Origin: Convolutriloba macropyga | Taxonomy: Eukaryota | Assembly (NCBI RefSeq): GCF_964194025.1 | Contig: NC_134472.1 | Span: forward strand, 59,892,001-59,956,000 | Direction of reading: 5' to 3' | Length of the DNA: 64,000 bases | In this document: one piece after another, positions 49,293 to 62,621 of the stretch | How positions within the stretch are numbered: position 1 is the stretch's first letter | Layout of the letters: each line of letters starts with the position of its first letter | Program-made: the position numbers and the translations under genes | Notes under the pieces: model-generated | What the model saw: only the letters and a program-made list of their open reading frames with translations | Database searches by the model: none | Told to the model about the DNA's origin: nothing

Positions 49293-52202
49293 AATCCCTC
49301 CTAAATTATTATTTCCCCGAATAAAAAAGTTGATCTAAATGTTCTAGCATACTCTCTCGCACAGAATTGTGTTTGTACTTAATGAACCTACGTAAGTATG
49401 AACCATTGAAATAGAGCTCCAGTAATTGCTGGTTAGATAATGCCCACCGTTTAGTGATTAAACAGTTACTACAATATATTAGCAGGATAATACAATTAGG
49501 ACACTCAGTCAACCAATTGTTTTGAGCAAAACACTGGCTGAAGAAAAGCTCACAATCAAACGAATCCTATAACATCAATCTAACTTTGTCTAGTATTAAC
49601 CTAACTCCGAACTTTGCAAATAAACTGGTCATCTTTTCAATAGTTTTTGTCATTTAGAGCATATGCACTTCATTATTAACAGCAGATTTATTGATTTACC
49701 AGTGAGCTTCTAATTTAATGTATGGCATAATCATAAGCTTCGTCAGCTTAGACATAGTAGCTCTCACCAAAGACAGTTCAACTTTACCACTTTTGTCAAC
49801 TCTTTTTTATTCCTCCTGCGCTTGAAGGGATGTCCGCCTCCAGTCTCATTCTTTGACCTTTTCATTTGTTTGCGCCAAACTCCCCTCGACGGCTTCCACC
49901 AGAATTTCAATTTGTTCCACTTCTCTTTCCGTCATGGTACTCCAGTCTTCCAGACTTCTCTGATCGTCACTCGCCTTCAACAGGCTTGGATGAGACAAAC
50001 ACTACGCCTCCCTCCTATATTGTACTATCTCTTCTTGGCCGGATAAGCTTATCGACAAGTGATTCCGATCAGTGCCTATTGCTTTCTTCAAAAGTTCATA
50101 ACAAAGGACTGATTGCGTTCAGCATCCTGCTTTGAAAAAGAACTCTCGAATTGTACTGCCACTAAAATCTCTTCAAATTCATATGCAAAACCGTTTTCTC
50201 CGTTATTCGGCATTTTCAGCTCCAGATCACTTGCCTTTGAAGGCATCAACGACTTATCGTCACCAAATTTTTTCTCGTGAACGTGCAAGCCTTCACAATC
50301 TTATTCCTTAGTTCAAATTTTTTGGGAAAAGTCTTCGCCTGTAGTGGAAATTTGATTTGCCCCACGATCAGTGGCTGCTCAATCGCGCTGTTTGCCATTT
50401 TTTCACTGTGACAATTTCCATTCCTTTCAGCCTAGGAGCAGCTCACTTTCGTCACTAGTGTTTTCGCAGTTGTCTGGTCAAACCTGACAAATAATTGATT
50501 CAACAGCCAAAGATATTTCTGCAACGAAGCTTTGATTCTCCACCATTTTGGAAGTTGCAGGAGTTAGCTGACGAGAAGTTCCAAATACAGTTTCATCTTC
50601 CTATATAGTATCGCCAACACCTCTAACAATTGCGACAATGTTTGAGTCCCCTTTTTCATTTTTCTCTGTTTCATCAACTGCGTTTTCTTTCCAATTCTAA
50701 AAAAAATTTTCAAAAATTGACAAAAAAAAATTCATCTGATTTTGCCGTTGTAATCGATTTTTCCTCTTTGCACTCTGTTTCAACCTCATTAATGTCTATT
50801 CTTGAAGCCATGTTTTCACAACTGTTAATTGCCTCCCCAATTGCAGTTAGGAAAAGTACAAAACTCTCGTGTAAGATGTCACTGTTATCTCCAGAAGAAC
50901 TCGGCTCAAATTAAGATGATCAGTGTGCTGCGACCGAGTACTGATTATACCTTGGCTTGAACTATCAGCATTTAAAGTTCCACTGAAAATATTTTCTGCT
51001 CTTGTGGCTAAATCACATCTCTGAGCAAAATTGAAAAGCAGCATAGGCGTTTATCCAACATCTATCTATTTGCTATAATACGGCATGCATGGACCGGAAG
51101 CGATGTATTCATATGTTATCAACCCATTAAAGCGATGTTTCCCAACTTTCATTTTGTTTTTGGTAGTAGGTTCGAAAGAATCAGAGTTAATGTGCCGCTC
51201 ACGAATGTTTGAAAGGAAAACATCGTCGTCCATGCATTCGAACTTGTTTTCATTGTCGCTATCGAAGAAGCTGTCATCATCGCTGAAATTGTTGTTACTA
51301 AAAATTGCTATATCCTCCAACTCACTGTTACCAATTTCCTCAAGTGCTTCGCTTCTCAGTTCTCCAATTGTCATATATTCTTACCAATTTCCAACAGTGC
51401 AATGCATCGATCCATAATTTCTTCGAACTGTTGTTCTTCAGATTTGGGCTTTGCGTAATCTGCTTTTCCATTTCTCCGTCATAATCAAAACTTCGACTGC
51501 CATCAATAACGTCAACAGTCTCCGCACCAGACAAACTGTCATTCCTTATTTGAATTGCTTCTTTGCCTCCCATCTCTGAACTTCGGCTTCTCTTCAAGCG
51601 CTGCTTTTACCCCAAAACCACCAGCTTCTATTGCAGAACAACGTTTAGTCAAAGAAACATCGTCGAAAGTCGTTCTATTGTCTTTTCTAATTTTCTGGTC
51701 TCTTCTTTGCTCGCTAACTCTTTTCTGCCAACAACGTCACTTTGGAACACTGATCCGTCAGATTGACTCTGTAAAACCGCTTCCTCAATTTCCTCCATCT
51801 CTATCAAGTACCTCTCAAATGCGCATCCTCATACATCTTTGGACAGTTAGACAGTCTCAAGTCAAAGAAGTACGAAGGTTACTGAAGAGTCCAAGCACGA
51901 TATTTTTGATCGGGTTTCCAATATTTATGTGGCAAGTAATTTAAAGCACCAAGAGCCCAATCACACAACTTCACTGGTAAATATCTCTTGACTTCTTCTT
52001 CCGTCTACATGAACATTTCACAAACATCCAAGTAATACTCACGCCAGTTCTCCCAAACTTCCTACCCAGGCAAAAGAAATTGTTTTTAATAATCCAAATT
52101 CTGCCATCGTTCTCAAAAATGCTTCACTCTACTCTGAATGCTCTTCTGTGGCTTCAATTTCTGCTGCAAATCTTCTCAGCTCTTATTTTTTCTCTGTCTG
52201 AG

Positions 52203-53593
52203 TGTGATATCTCCAATTGTAGAGACACTCTCTTGCGCCGCAATTCCACCTCAAGTTTTCATACTGGATTCGAGGTGTGAATCCAAGCTTTGGTTAATTC
52301 GTGTGATTACCTCTTTTAGATTTACTTAGCAATCGTGGCGCGATTGCACATGAAATTATTGAGTACGGAATTCCTTGTCCAATCCACTTAGATTGAGATG
52401 AAATTTTTGACTACGAAATTACTTGTCCGATCCACTTAGAAGATTGAGAACAACTGAATTCGATAATAAGATTCAAGAGAATGAATAAATAGTCAAAAGT
52501 GGGGGATGTGAACAACCTAAAATATTGACTTTTGAGTCGGCGGTAAATTACTTGTAGGTGAACTATGACTTATAGCCTGACAAGGGCAAACATAAAATAA
52601 TTTAGTACAAATTAATAAAGATGGACTTAATATGGTACCACCGTACCACATATCCTTGGCTCGAGCAAAATTTTAAACTGTAACAGTGTAAAATTTATGA
52701 TAATAATAACATATGTACTGGTTATTATAAATAATAAGAGATGTGAGCAACAACAGATAAGTGACGAAAGAACAGTGGAAAGGAGGTTCAAATGCAGGAG
52801 AAAACTAAATCAATGCAAATTTTCAACATTTACGGTAAAATATATGCATGCAATATAAATTAAGGCACAATCGCGATGCAAATCCCGCAAAATTAATAAC
52901 GTAGAAGATATGGTTACATGAGCATTGATCTCGTTCACTTTGAGTAGTGCTATTTTCGGCATCATCCTCGTAACTAGGTTCTGGGGGTAGAAAGACCTTG
53001 TCCGGAGGATTTTCAAGGAGAATGTCAATTGAAATGCCTTCTTTAGCCATGATAGCCAATTTTAGCATGATCTGCCATCTATCCCATCGTAGTGGAGGAT
53101 CAAGTGTTGACTTTTCCCAAAAGGGCTCGATCCCAAGAAGTGCACGTTCTTTGGTTGCTGACTGCGCCATGTGATATCCCCAACTGTAGAGACACTCTCT
53201 TGCGCCGCAATTCCACCTCAAGTTTGTATACTGGATTCGAGGTGTGAATCCAAGCTTTGGTTAATTCGTGTGATTACCTCTTTTAGATTTACTTAGCAAT
53301 CGTGGCGCGATTGCACATGAAATTATTGAGTACGGAATTCCTTGTCGAATCCACTTAGATTTTTTACGGTAGGAAAACAGAGAAGATTGAGAACAACTGA
53401 ATTCGATAATAAGATTCAAGAGAATGAATAAATAGTCAAAAGTGCGGGATGTGAACAATCTGAAATATTGACTTTTGAGTCGGCGGTAATTTACTTGTAG
53501 GTGAACTATGACTTATAGCCTGACAAGGGCAAACATAAATTAATTTAGTACAAATGAATAAACATGGACTTAATATGGTACAACCGTACCACA
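52203..53593 (-). mobile_element. TRIM-like miniature LTR element (Gypsy-derived), nested
   Basis: LTRs 53593-53170 and 52650-52203 (TGTGGTAC..ATCACA), PBS TGGCGCAGTCAGC, 519-bp interior with gag 5' end. Perfect TSD CTGAG (52198-52202, 53594-53598); empty site at ~55445. Confidence 0.93.
52823..53170 (-). pseudogene. gag: Truncated gag mini-ORF of the TRIM-like element
   Basis: MAQSATKERALLGIEPFWEKSTLDPPLRWDRWQIMLKLAIMAKEGISIDILL...SERD: ~80 uninterrupted gag-like codons, then unrelated sequence. Confidence 0.75.
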
Positions 53594-53880
53594 CTGAGCA
53601 ATCTCCACAATCTATCTGCTTCAGTTAGAATTCTCGTCCCGAGAAAAAAGACTGACTGTCTTCCAAAATAAACCTTTCCCGGTAATATCTGTCTCTGTTG
53701 GTCAAATTCTCTCATTATCCTTCGTTCCACAACACTTGTAATCTCGCTCCGACTATCGTAACGTGTTCCTTGACTTGCTCTGCGTCAAAAGTTGCCGGCT
53801 TTAAACACTTGTTTCAAGTTACCCGGAACTCTCTTTACACTCGTATTCAAATTTTCTGATTAACTCCCTTTTTAGCAAGA

Positions 53881-53900
53881 GAGCCCACCCCGGAGCGCCA
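53881..53900 (-). promoter_or_regulatory. tRNA-Asn-like primer-binding site (duplicate; other copy at 55733-55752)
   Basis: Plus strand GAGCCCACCCCGGAGCGCCA matches the shape of a eukaryotic tRNA-Asn 3' end (..GAGCCCACCC.....CG + CCA), 1 nt from an LTR terminus. Confidence 0.7.
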
Positions 53901-54989
53901 CTGTAGAATTGTTTACTGTTAGATGGCTTCTAGCTGAGGAGTGACCAGCGACCAAAACCCTATCAAGCTTCTGAAAGATTTATTTGGTAGTTCCTCTTGA
54001 TGTAGCGAGTGTACTGTGTTGTCCCCAAAAAAATGTTGCTCTCTTGGCTGCTTGCAAACTTCACTCATGATAATTGAATTTATAATCAAAATAAGTAATA
54101 CCCGTATTAAGTAATGTTACAGTCAGAGACAGTTAATTGATTAAATTCAACAATCGAAAGGAATTTTCCTTTCAAAACTAATTAATGGTCCACACTAAAT
54201 CAAACCAATTCAATCAGCAATCAAAGTCGCACTGAAGATATTTTCTGCTGTTGCGGCTAAATCACATCTCTGAGCAAAATTGAAAAGCGGCATAGGTGTT
54301 TCTTCAACATCTATCTGTTTGCAAAAATACGGCATGCATGGACCGGACGCGATGTATTCGTATGTTATCAACCCATTAAAGCAATGTTTCCCAACTTTCA
54401 TTTTGTTTTTGGTAGTAGGTTCGAAAGAATCAGAGTTAATGTGCCGCTCACGAATGTTTGAAAGGAAAACATCGTCGTCCATGCATTCGAACTTGTTTTC
54501 ATTGTCGCTATCGAAGAAGCTGTCATCATCGCTGAAATTGTTGTTACTAAAAATTGCTATATCCTCCAACTCACTGTTACCAATTTCCTCAAGTGCTTCG
54601 CTTCTCAGTTCTCCAATTGTCATATATTCTTACCAATTTCCAACAGTGCAATGCATCGATCCATAATTTCTTCGAACTGTTGTTCTTCAGATTTGGGCTT
54701 TGCGTAATCTGCTTTTCCATTTCTCCGTCATAATCAAAACTTCGACTGCCATCAATAACGTCAACAGTCTCCGCACCAGACAAACTGTCATTCCTTATTT
54801 GAATTGCTTCTTTGCCTCCCATCTCTGAACTTCGGCTTCTCTTCAAGCGCTGCTTTTACCCCAAAACCAACAGCTTCTTTTGCAGAACAACGTTTAGTCA
54901 ACGAAACATTGTCGAAAGTCGTTCTATTGTTTTTTTCTAATTTTCTGGTCTCTTCTTTGCTCGCTAACTCTTTTCTGCAAACAACGTCA

Positions 54990-55360
54990 CTTTAAAACAC
55001 TGGTCCGTCAGGTTGACGCTGTAAAACCGCTTCCTCAATTTCCTCCTTCTCTATCAAGTATCTCTCAAAGGCATCCTCAAACAACTTTGGATAGTTAGAC
55101 AGTCTCAAGTCAAAGAAGTACGAAGCTTCTTGAAGAGTGCAAGCACGATACTTTTGATCGCGTTTCCAACTTTCATGTGGCAAGTAATTTAAAGCACCAA
55201 GAGCCGAACCACACAACTTCACTGGTAAATATCTCTTGACTTCTTCTTCAGTCTACATGAACATTTCACAAACATCCAAGTAATACTCACGTCAGTCCTC
55301 CCAAACTTCCTACCCAGTCAAAAGAAATTGTTTTTAATAATCCAAATTCTGCCATTCTTC
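54990..55360 (-). pseudogene. Gag capsid-like remnant (second copy at ~51740-52110)
   Basis: Across frameshifts reads ISFD..GS.WED*REYYLDVCEMFM*TEEEVKRYLPVKLCGSALGALNYLP, fitting the F.G...W...F......W.EEE....L...L.G.A retrotransposon gag pattern, just downstream of the PBS. Confidence 0.6.
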
Positions 55361-55753
55361 TCCAATATGCTTCACTCTACTCTGAATGCTCTTCTGTGGC
55401 TTCAATTTCTGCTGCAAATCTCTCAGCTCTTATTTTTTCTCCGTCTGAGCAATCTCCACAATCTATCTGGTTCAGCTAGAATTCTCGTCCCGAAAAAAAA
55501 GACTGACTGTCTTCGAAAAAAACCCTTTCCCGGTAATATCTGTCTCTGTTGGTCAAATTCTCTCATTATCCTTCGTTTCACAACACTTGTAATCTTGTTC
55601 TGACTATCGATAACGTGTTCATCGAATTGCTCTGCGTCAAAAGTTGTCGGCTTTAAACACTTGTTTCAAGTCTCCCAGAACTCTCTTCACACTCGTATAA
55701 GAATTTTCTGATTAACTCCCTTTTTAGCAAAACAGCCCATCCAGGAGCGCCAC

Positions 55754-58384
55754 TGTAGAATTGTTTACTGTTGAGACTGCTTCTAGCTGAGGACTGACCA
55801 GCGACCAAAACCCTACCAAAATTCTGAAAGATGTATTTGGCAGTTCCTCTTGATGTAGGGAGTGTACTGTGTTGTCCCCAAAAATTGTTGCTCTCTCGGC
55901 TGCTTGCACACTTCACTCTTGATAATTGAATTTATAATTAAAATCAGTAAAACCCGTAACAAGTAATGTCATAGTCAGAGACAGTTAATTGATAAAATTC
56001 AACAATCGAAAGGAATTTTCCTATCAAAACTAATTAATGGTCCACACTAAAATAAACCAATTCAATCACTCTCTCCGCAAGTATCCACAAATCCGTCACT
56101 CTACGTCCTACTCCAAACAAAAAAAAGTTCTGCTTCCTTGTTAATGGCCAGAAACTTATAATCTTTGTAAGCAACAATTTTGAATAACTTTGCAGTTTCA
56201 CTCACTGCAACTGCGAAACTTTGTTCACTCACTAAACAACTACAATTTCTCACTCTGAGAACCAACTGCTCCATTTGAGTTTTCTATCTCTCAATTTTTA
56301 CTGACAAACCGCTTGTCTTCCATTTCGTAAGTCTATCTCTCAGACTAAATCTCTCGCGTCTGATGGTTTTTCTTGTGCTAAGGGTTTTTCTAAGGGTAAT
56401 CAACCTTATCAGTTTTTATCAGCAGCACTTTAAGTGTCCTTCCTTTTAAAACATTTTGACCTAACGTATAAGGGCGGAAGTGGGCCTAGAAGTGCAGTCA
56501 CAAGATGCAATTTATCTAATGTAACTATTTGCTCAATTTGACCGGAATTTCGTGGACAACTTGCTTAGATAAGTTCGGCTCCCACAAAATTTGTGTTTCA
56601 TGTTCAACACTTGTGCTCATGCATTCTGTTTTTGTCCTTTCCCTGTTACTGATATTTCCCTTCCCTGATTTAGCCTTTGAATACTTTTTCTCTCCTTTTG
56701 GTGCAAAATTTTTTGAAAATTGAGAATTTTCTGCCTTTTTCTTTGCAGAATATTCGTCAGCTTTAATACCATAAAACTGAACTATAACTAATTAAGGTTC
56801 TTCGTGTTTGAATGTGGTTTCTGGTGGATTTTTTGTATCTGGTAAGGGTGTTGCTTCTTCCATGAAAGAACATTAAAAAAAATTAGTTATCGCCTCCTTT
56901 TTTGTTTGTTTTAAAAGCAAAATAAACAGCTTTGGCATAGAAGAAAATGCTCGCTCTTTTTCTCAATGCATATGCAGTTCTCCAAAAAATCACCAGTTAA
57001 AATTTGAGGTTGATCGGACTTGAGGAAGTAAACTTTTCAGGACTTGTGGGGGGTACGCAAATTTATGGACGCTTACATTTTCAGCAAATTACTCTATAGC
57101 TATCAAAATTCCCTTCAAACAACCTTTATTTTATTCTGCTTGCTTCAGCTGTGTCTTAGCATGAGATCTAACACATAATTTATCCATTCTATAAACTTCT
57201 ATTATCAAACTTTATTCATAACTCATCATTTCTACTAAAAAATCCGGTTTAATATTTTTTGAAGTTCCAATACTTTAATTATTGCTTTTTCTTGACATTT
57301 TTGGTTACTTCTACTGTTTTGTTTGCAAACTATATTAATGTTGCTTTTGCTTAGCTCCGGTTTCAAGTGGACACTCTGGTATTCCCAATCTTTTCCTATA
57401 GACCTGACTGACTTTCCGATAAATTAGACCTGACTGACAAATTTTGAATCTAAAAACCCCAACAGTTTGAGTTAATTCCCAACATCCATACCAAACTTCT
57501 CCTGCAAATACAAAAACACTACTGAAATAATACTCTCATTAGTTCTCCTCATAAGGGATTACCGGGATTGGATCCAAAAAAACCTATTGCAATACTAAAA
57601 GTAAACAATTTTTCAGTTCATTTTTTTCTTTTTGCATTTTGATACGAAACCCGTCTGGATATTCTACTATGAAACGAAAAACCTGCGAAATAACAATTGG
57701 TAAATTTAATTTTTACAATACAGTACGCTTTACTTTTTCATACAATAAAGTTAGTGACAAAAACGTTTTTCTGTTTTTCTCTGTTTTCTACTTTCCTTGC
57801 TAGGTATAATCATTATGGGCAAGCGAACATCCTTTTGCTTGGCAAAATGCAATAAATTTGACCGACAAATCCTTCAAAGCATATCTTTTGTTTGTTTCCT
57901 TTTTTATGCACTAATTTTTTCAATTAACATACCAATTATATCCCTCCTGAAAACACTAAACAGTAACCCCAAACTTGTAGCTACTTATAGGAAATAAATA
58001 CTCACTTTTATTATACCAAAATGGCTTTTAGATGGTGCAGTTTTAGGGTTTGGGGGAATTCATAATTATATATCATTGCTTTTCCCAAGCACTTCCATTC
58101 CTTTTTTCTGCTGTAATCATACTTTGTTCCTTTCGTTTAATGACCTCTGAGTTTCATTCTGACTACTTCTGACAACTTGATCACTTTGCAAAGCTAGTCT
58201 CTCGTTTGTTTACTTAACAAAAAATTAATCAATTGGTTCCATCTTACATCGCTCAAGTTCGTTCCTTTTATTTACATGGTCAATATGCTCAAGATTAGCT
58301 CCTAAATTCTGCAAACTAATTAGCCATCCAAAATTGAAGCTTCAGTGTTATGTAAGTTCAACGATTTGAACTATAAATTCCGCA
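55754..58384 (-). repeat. 5' LTR (~2.6 kb) of gag-only element
   Basis: Colinear diverged direct repeat of 46718-49292, abutting the PBS at 55733-55752. Confidence 0.82.
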
Positions 58385-58679
58385 GAAAACTTACACTTCT
58401 CGAGAATCTTATAACTACTTAAAAGAATCTGGAAAAATGTGTTCTTTATTAAACGTCTAGACACCGCATACAGTCTTGGATCAAAATTCTTCATGAAAAG
58501 ATTGAGTTCGAATGAAATGGTCTATGAAAAGAGTTTGTGTTAACTCAGGTGAGCCTCGATCGTGTTTAGAAAACATTATAAAATATTTTCCGACACTACA
58601 TCAGCTATTTTATCAGTTGTTTTGCTTGACACGTAAAAAAAACCGTGGTCGACTTTAGTAGGCTATGAAAAAGTTGTCT

Positions 58680-58960
58680 CTATTCATGATCAGACCTTGG
58701 CTCGTTCACATTTATTCATGATCGAACTTTGGCTTCCTTTATGATCTGACTTTGGCACGTTCAAAATCGGCCATGATCAGACTTGCCTGCAGTTCAAATT
58801 TGTTCATGATCAGATTTTGTCTTTTTATGAGCAGACTTTGGCTCGATTAAAGCTGACCCTGATCAGATTTTGGCTCGATTTATGATAATTTGGATCATTC
58901 AAAGTTGGCCACGGTCAGACGTTACGTCCTACAGATTTGGCCATGAGCAGAATTTAAGCA
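58680..58960 (+). repeat. Degenerate tandem repeat (CATGATCAGACTTTGGC motif)
   Basis: About 8 recurrences of ATGATCAGA(C/T)TT(T)G; related motif at ~46400-46445. Confidence 0.65.
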
Positions 58961-59582
58961 GACTCAGAATATTGTCCTCGACCGTGTAGTTTTCAACCCG
59001 CCGCTACCCCAGTGCGTTTTCGATGGTCTGATCATAAGTGATTTTGAACGCGGATCTCGACCTGGGATTGTCTTTGCCAATTGAGGTTATTAGAGTCATA
59101 TCGAAAAACCGTAAAAATCAATCATTGAACTGACTCTAAATAAACGCTTCTTATAAGCAAACAACTAACTCATATTTGTAACCATTTTAATCAACGAACT
59201 GAAAAAGTTCCGTATATTCGTCCGTACAGTATATTTGAGTTGCGGGTGAATAATGCTATAATAGCATTTTTCTATACTAAAAAGTTTTCGAACGGATCAA
59301 CGACGATCAACGAACGGATCAACGAATTGTTTTTACTTTTTAAAACAAACATCAGCACTTTTCTACGTTTTCTGCATGCCGAGGCTTTCTTACGATCTAA
59401 AATCAAAATTAGCGAACTCTTCCTATGGATAACTTAACAGACGAAGTTTTATTACCTTTGAAACCGAACATCTAAAAAACTTCCGAAACATTTTCTGTAA
59501 CTTTGTTCGGTCATCTGGATTAGGGTGGTAAAGGATTTTATAATGTGTACGAACGAATAAGATATAAAGTATGTTGTCTAAC

Positions 59583-59698
59583 CTGGATTTTATAAAGAGA
59601 ATTATTATCACGAGACATATGGTGACAACAGCAGTCAAGAAAACGGAAGTAAGCAGTTCAAAAGTCGTCCACATGTTCCCTGTGTCCAAATCATCCGG
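59583..59698 (-). CDS. Gene B transmembrane exon
   Basis: Acceptor ATTTTTTAG|, reads PDDLDTGNMWTTFELLTSVFLTAVVTICLVIIILFIKS(R), donor AG|GTTAGA. Phase 0 to 2 as in gene A exon 5. Confidence 0.82.
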
Positions 59699-62621
59699 CT
59701 AAAAAATATGATCATTCCGACTTGGCACTTTTCTCCATTTTTTGAAAAAATTAATATGACAAGCTTTTAACTTTTATGCAGCGGAAAAGTTCCACACACG
59801 GAAAAGTTCCCAGTTTTGGCAAGTTTTAATTTGTCTTTCTTAAGCAATTTTGATCACAATAGAACAAAAAAAACTTTCAATGTATAAAAAAAGTCCTTCA
59901 CCAGTACAAACACTTCTGTCTCGTTCTAAAAGTCATTCTTAATTGCTTTCTCACTCTGCAGATCTAAAACATTGTACGTTGTACGGGTAAATTTACTCAA
60001 AGTCTATCTGACTGCGTACAAGAACCATCTTAAACTTTAAATCCTAGTCTCAGCAAACTTGAGTCAAAATGGCCATCATTTCTCAAATTTCCCAAAAGAA
60101 AAACAATTTGAATGTCCATGCAAAATTTTGCAAATTATGCCTTTTTTGACGTCATAAATTGTAAACATTTGTTAGTTGAACATTAGTTGAGGGTATCAAG
60201 GTTATGCGACGGTAGGGCCCAGGAATCTTATGTGCGTGCAAAATATTTCAATCAAAATTATACTGATTAGGTATGGTATAATATCAAGATATAATTGAGG
60301 CGATCAGAAGCACTTGTTTTCTTGTAAGTCACTGATTTCTTTTTGTCTTGAAACTGGTCGACTATTCGCGGATTATTATTGAAACTGTGTGAACTTGTAG
60401 CCAAAACAAACGGATGTATTTTGCTGTTTGACTTCTGACATTCGAATAAAAATAGGCTAAAAGAGGGCAAAGACAGAGGTCTTGATAACTCTACAGAACA
60501 AGGACATACCCGTTTCAGATTCATCCATATCATCTGACCAGACGGAATACCACATTGCTGTCGTGCAACTGTCCTATGACTATCATGAGACAACAAATAT
60601 GTACGAGCAAAACTATAGTGACTAAGTGTTCTCCTATACGAATCAAGTGGCAAAACGATGCGAATCAGAACCCAAAAATAACCTAGAATACCTTTTTTTA
60701 GTTTTTAGAAACGTAAGTAAAAGTAACCGCAAAAATTTGAACGCAAGAAGAAAAAGCACACTACGGTGGCATTGGTTAAAATTGACATGAGTTACATGGT
60801 AAAGTTTTTGTGAATTAGGTGGTACAATTTTGACATGAATTACGATGGTAGGTTAATTTAAAGTAAACAAACAGTGTTTGGAGGGCCGAAAAATTTAATT
60901 GTCGAAGAATGAACAACAGAATTAAATTTGTAAAAAAAAAATCGAATGCTGTACAGATATACCCCATAGGTAATGCCATAATGCCATAATGGTAAAAAGC
61001 GTTTCTAGAGTAATAAATAGCGTGGATAATGAGATGTCGAAATGGAAATACGTACTTAGTTACAGTCATCACTATCTAATATAGCGCATAATTGTTTGTA
61101 TTACTAATGTGAGGAAATAAACTAAGCATTAGCTCTTACTGCTCGAGCTATATCGCTAAGCATTTAGCCGCCGCGCTCAGCTGAGCTTGTTGTTGTTGGT
61201 GGCTATTCCTCTGTTGCTGGGCTTGAATCGCCAGCCAGTGGATTGAATCCTCGCAGAGTTGGAAAAAGTGCTTCTAGTACAAATTCACTGCTTTTGATGG
61301 TGATGGTTTATACTTTTTGCCAGCTGGCATAGTATGGTTGGTTGATTCACTATGTCAACATAGTAGAGTTTTGTATTGTATGTAGCACTGCTACAACGTG
61401 ACAAACGATCCAACAAATTGCAGACCACGCCTGCTCCCTCCAAACGTTTTTTGAAAGTTTTTCGAAGACAATATACATGCAGGACAACTAATAAAAAAAT
61501 CAACTCATACAAAATCTGCGAAAAAGAAGGTTTCGTTTATTTCACTGAATGCAGTCCAAATTAATAACAACAACTTCACTACAGTTGTAATGATTGCTTG
61601 TTTTAACCACATTTGACCTTGAAAAGTATGATGCACTACTAAATAAAGAGAAAAGTCGCGGATTTTATTATTTTTTCTTCAAAATGTCGTCGTCTTCTTA
61701 TGTGGTAAGTCTTGCGAAACAAATTTTAATGAAGATGCATCAAAACTCAATCAACGCGCCAACACATTCCAAAGTAACAATGCTAAAAATGTCTTTGTTT
61801 CAAGTAAATGATCTGAATTTTAAAGTATGCAAAATAATTTATTGCTTTGAGTATGGTTATCCTATCAAGACATTGTAGACTTGATAATTGTACAATAAGT
61901 TTTGAAGTCTTAATAGAAAATATAGTGAACATTTTTTAATACCATTTGGATTGAAAGCGGAAAGAGACTCATTTCAATTTACGCAAAATTGTCAATCACA
62001 TTTTCCCAAATACACTGACGGAAAGAGCAATGCGAATTACGCAGAGTTAATATTGACAACGAATTCCACTTATTAGTCAGAAGTCAAACAAGTAAACAGT
62101 TTTTCCATTATATTGTCCGCGATAGCAAATGCTGATACAATTAGAGAGGGACTGTCTGGCAAAAAACCAATTACTGTATTGAATAAATCTCCAGCGATCA
62201 GTAGTTTACAATATCCAGCCGAACTCATTATCCGACTTAATCGTGACCTTAACTAACGACCATCATAATTCAAAATTCATATCATCCGCCGATATTAAAC
62301 TATATATTTGTTTCCTTCTATACTTCATATACAAGCTTCCTTTAAATTCATTTCGACAACTAATAATTTAATCATAAAATAGCCTTCGATAGGTGGAATA
62401 AAATCCGGCTGTATAATTTTGGTCCGTAAAAATATCAAAGAAGGGGAAATTTTTTCAAAGAGATGTTAGCGAAATCAAATACAATGACAAAAGCTTTATG
62501 CGGAAAAGTCTCCGAAATTTCTGCAAATTGCCAAAAATCGTTTTGTCTGGTAAAATGCAATCACTGGTATTTCAATGTCTCCTTTTTCATTTTCATGGTA
62601 TAAAGTCGAAAAACCTCTCAC

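Larger units (their letters stand above)
50964..56068. repeat. Internal ~1.86-kb tandem duplication (gag remnant, leader, PBS and ~315 bp of LTR end)
   Basis: Copy 1 50964-54216 (contains the TRIM insertion), copy 2 54213-56068. Junction has ATCA microhomology; duplicated ORFs are visible in the ORF track. Confidence 0.9.
46718..58384 (-). mobile_element. Large non-autonomous gag-only LTR element (LARD/TR-GAG-like) with ~2.6-kb LTRs, inside an intron of gene B
   Basis: Direct repeats 46718-49292 and 55754-58384 with termini TGTAGAATT...AATTCCGCA. TSD GACAA/GAAAA. PBS next to the 5' LTR, purine tract AGGAGGGA next to the 3' LTR. Gag-like remnant; no pol motifs seen. Confidence 0.8.

Noticed and set aside
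51085-54666. Duplicated plus-strand ORFs (MHGPEAMY...)
   Set aside because: Antisense shadows of the minus-strand retroelement coding remnant.
60267-60653. 128-aa minus-strand ORF or possible extra phase-0 stalk exon of gene B
   Set aside because: Weak splice signals, no counterpart in gene A, and gene B splices in frame without it.
61150-61260. Possible tRNA or SINE-like sequence
   Set aside because: B-box match is poor and no cloverleaf can be drawn.
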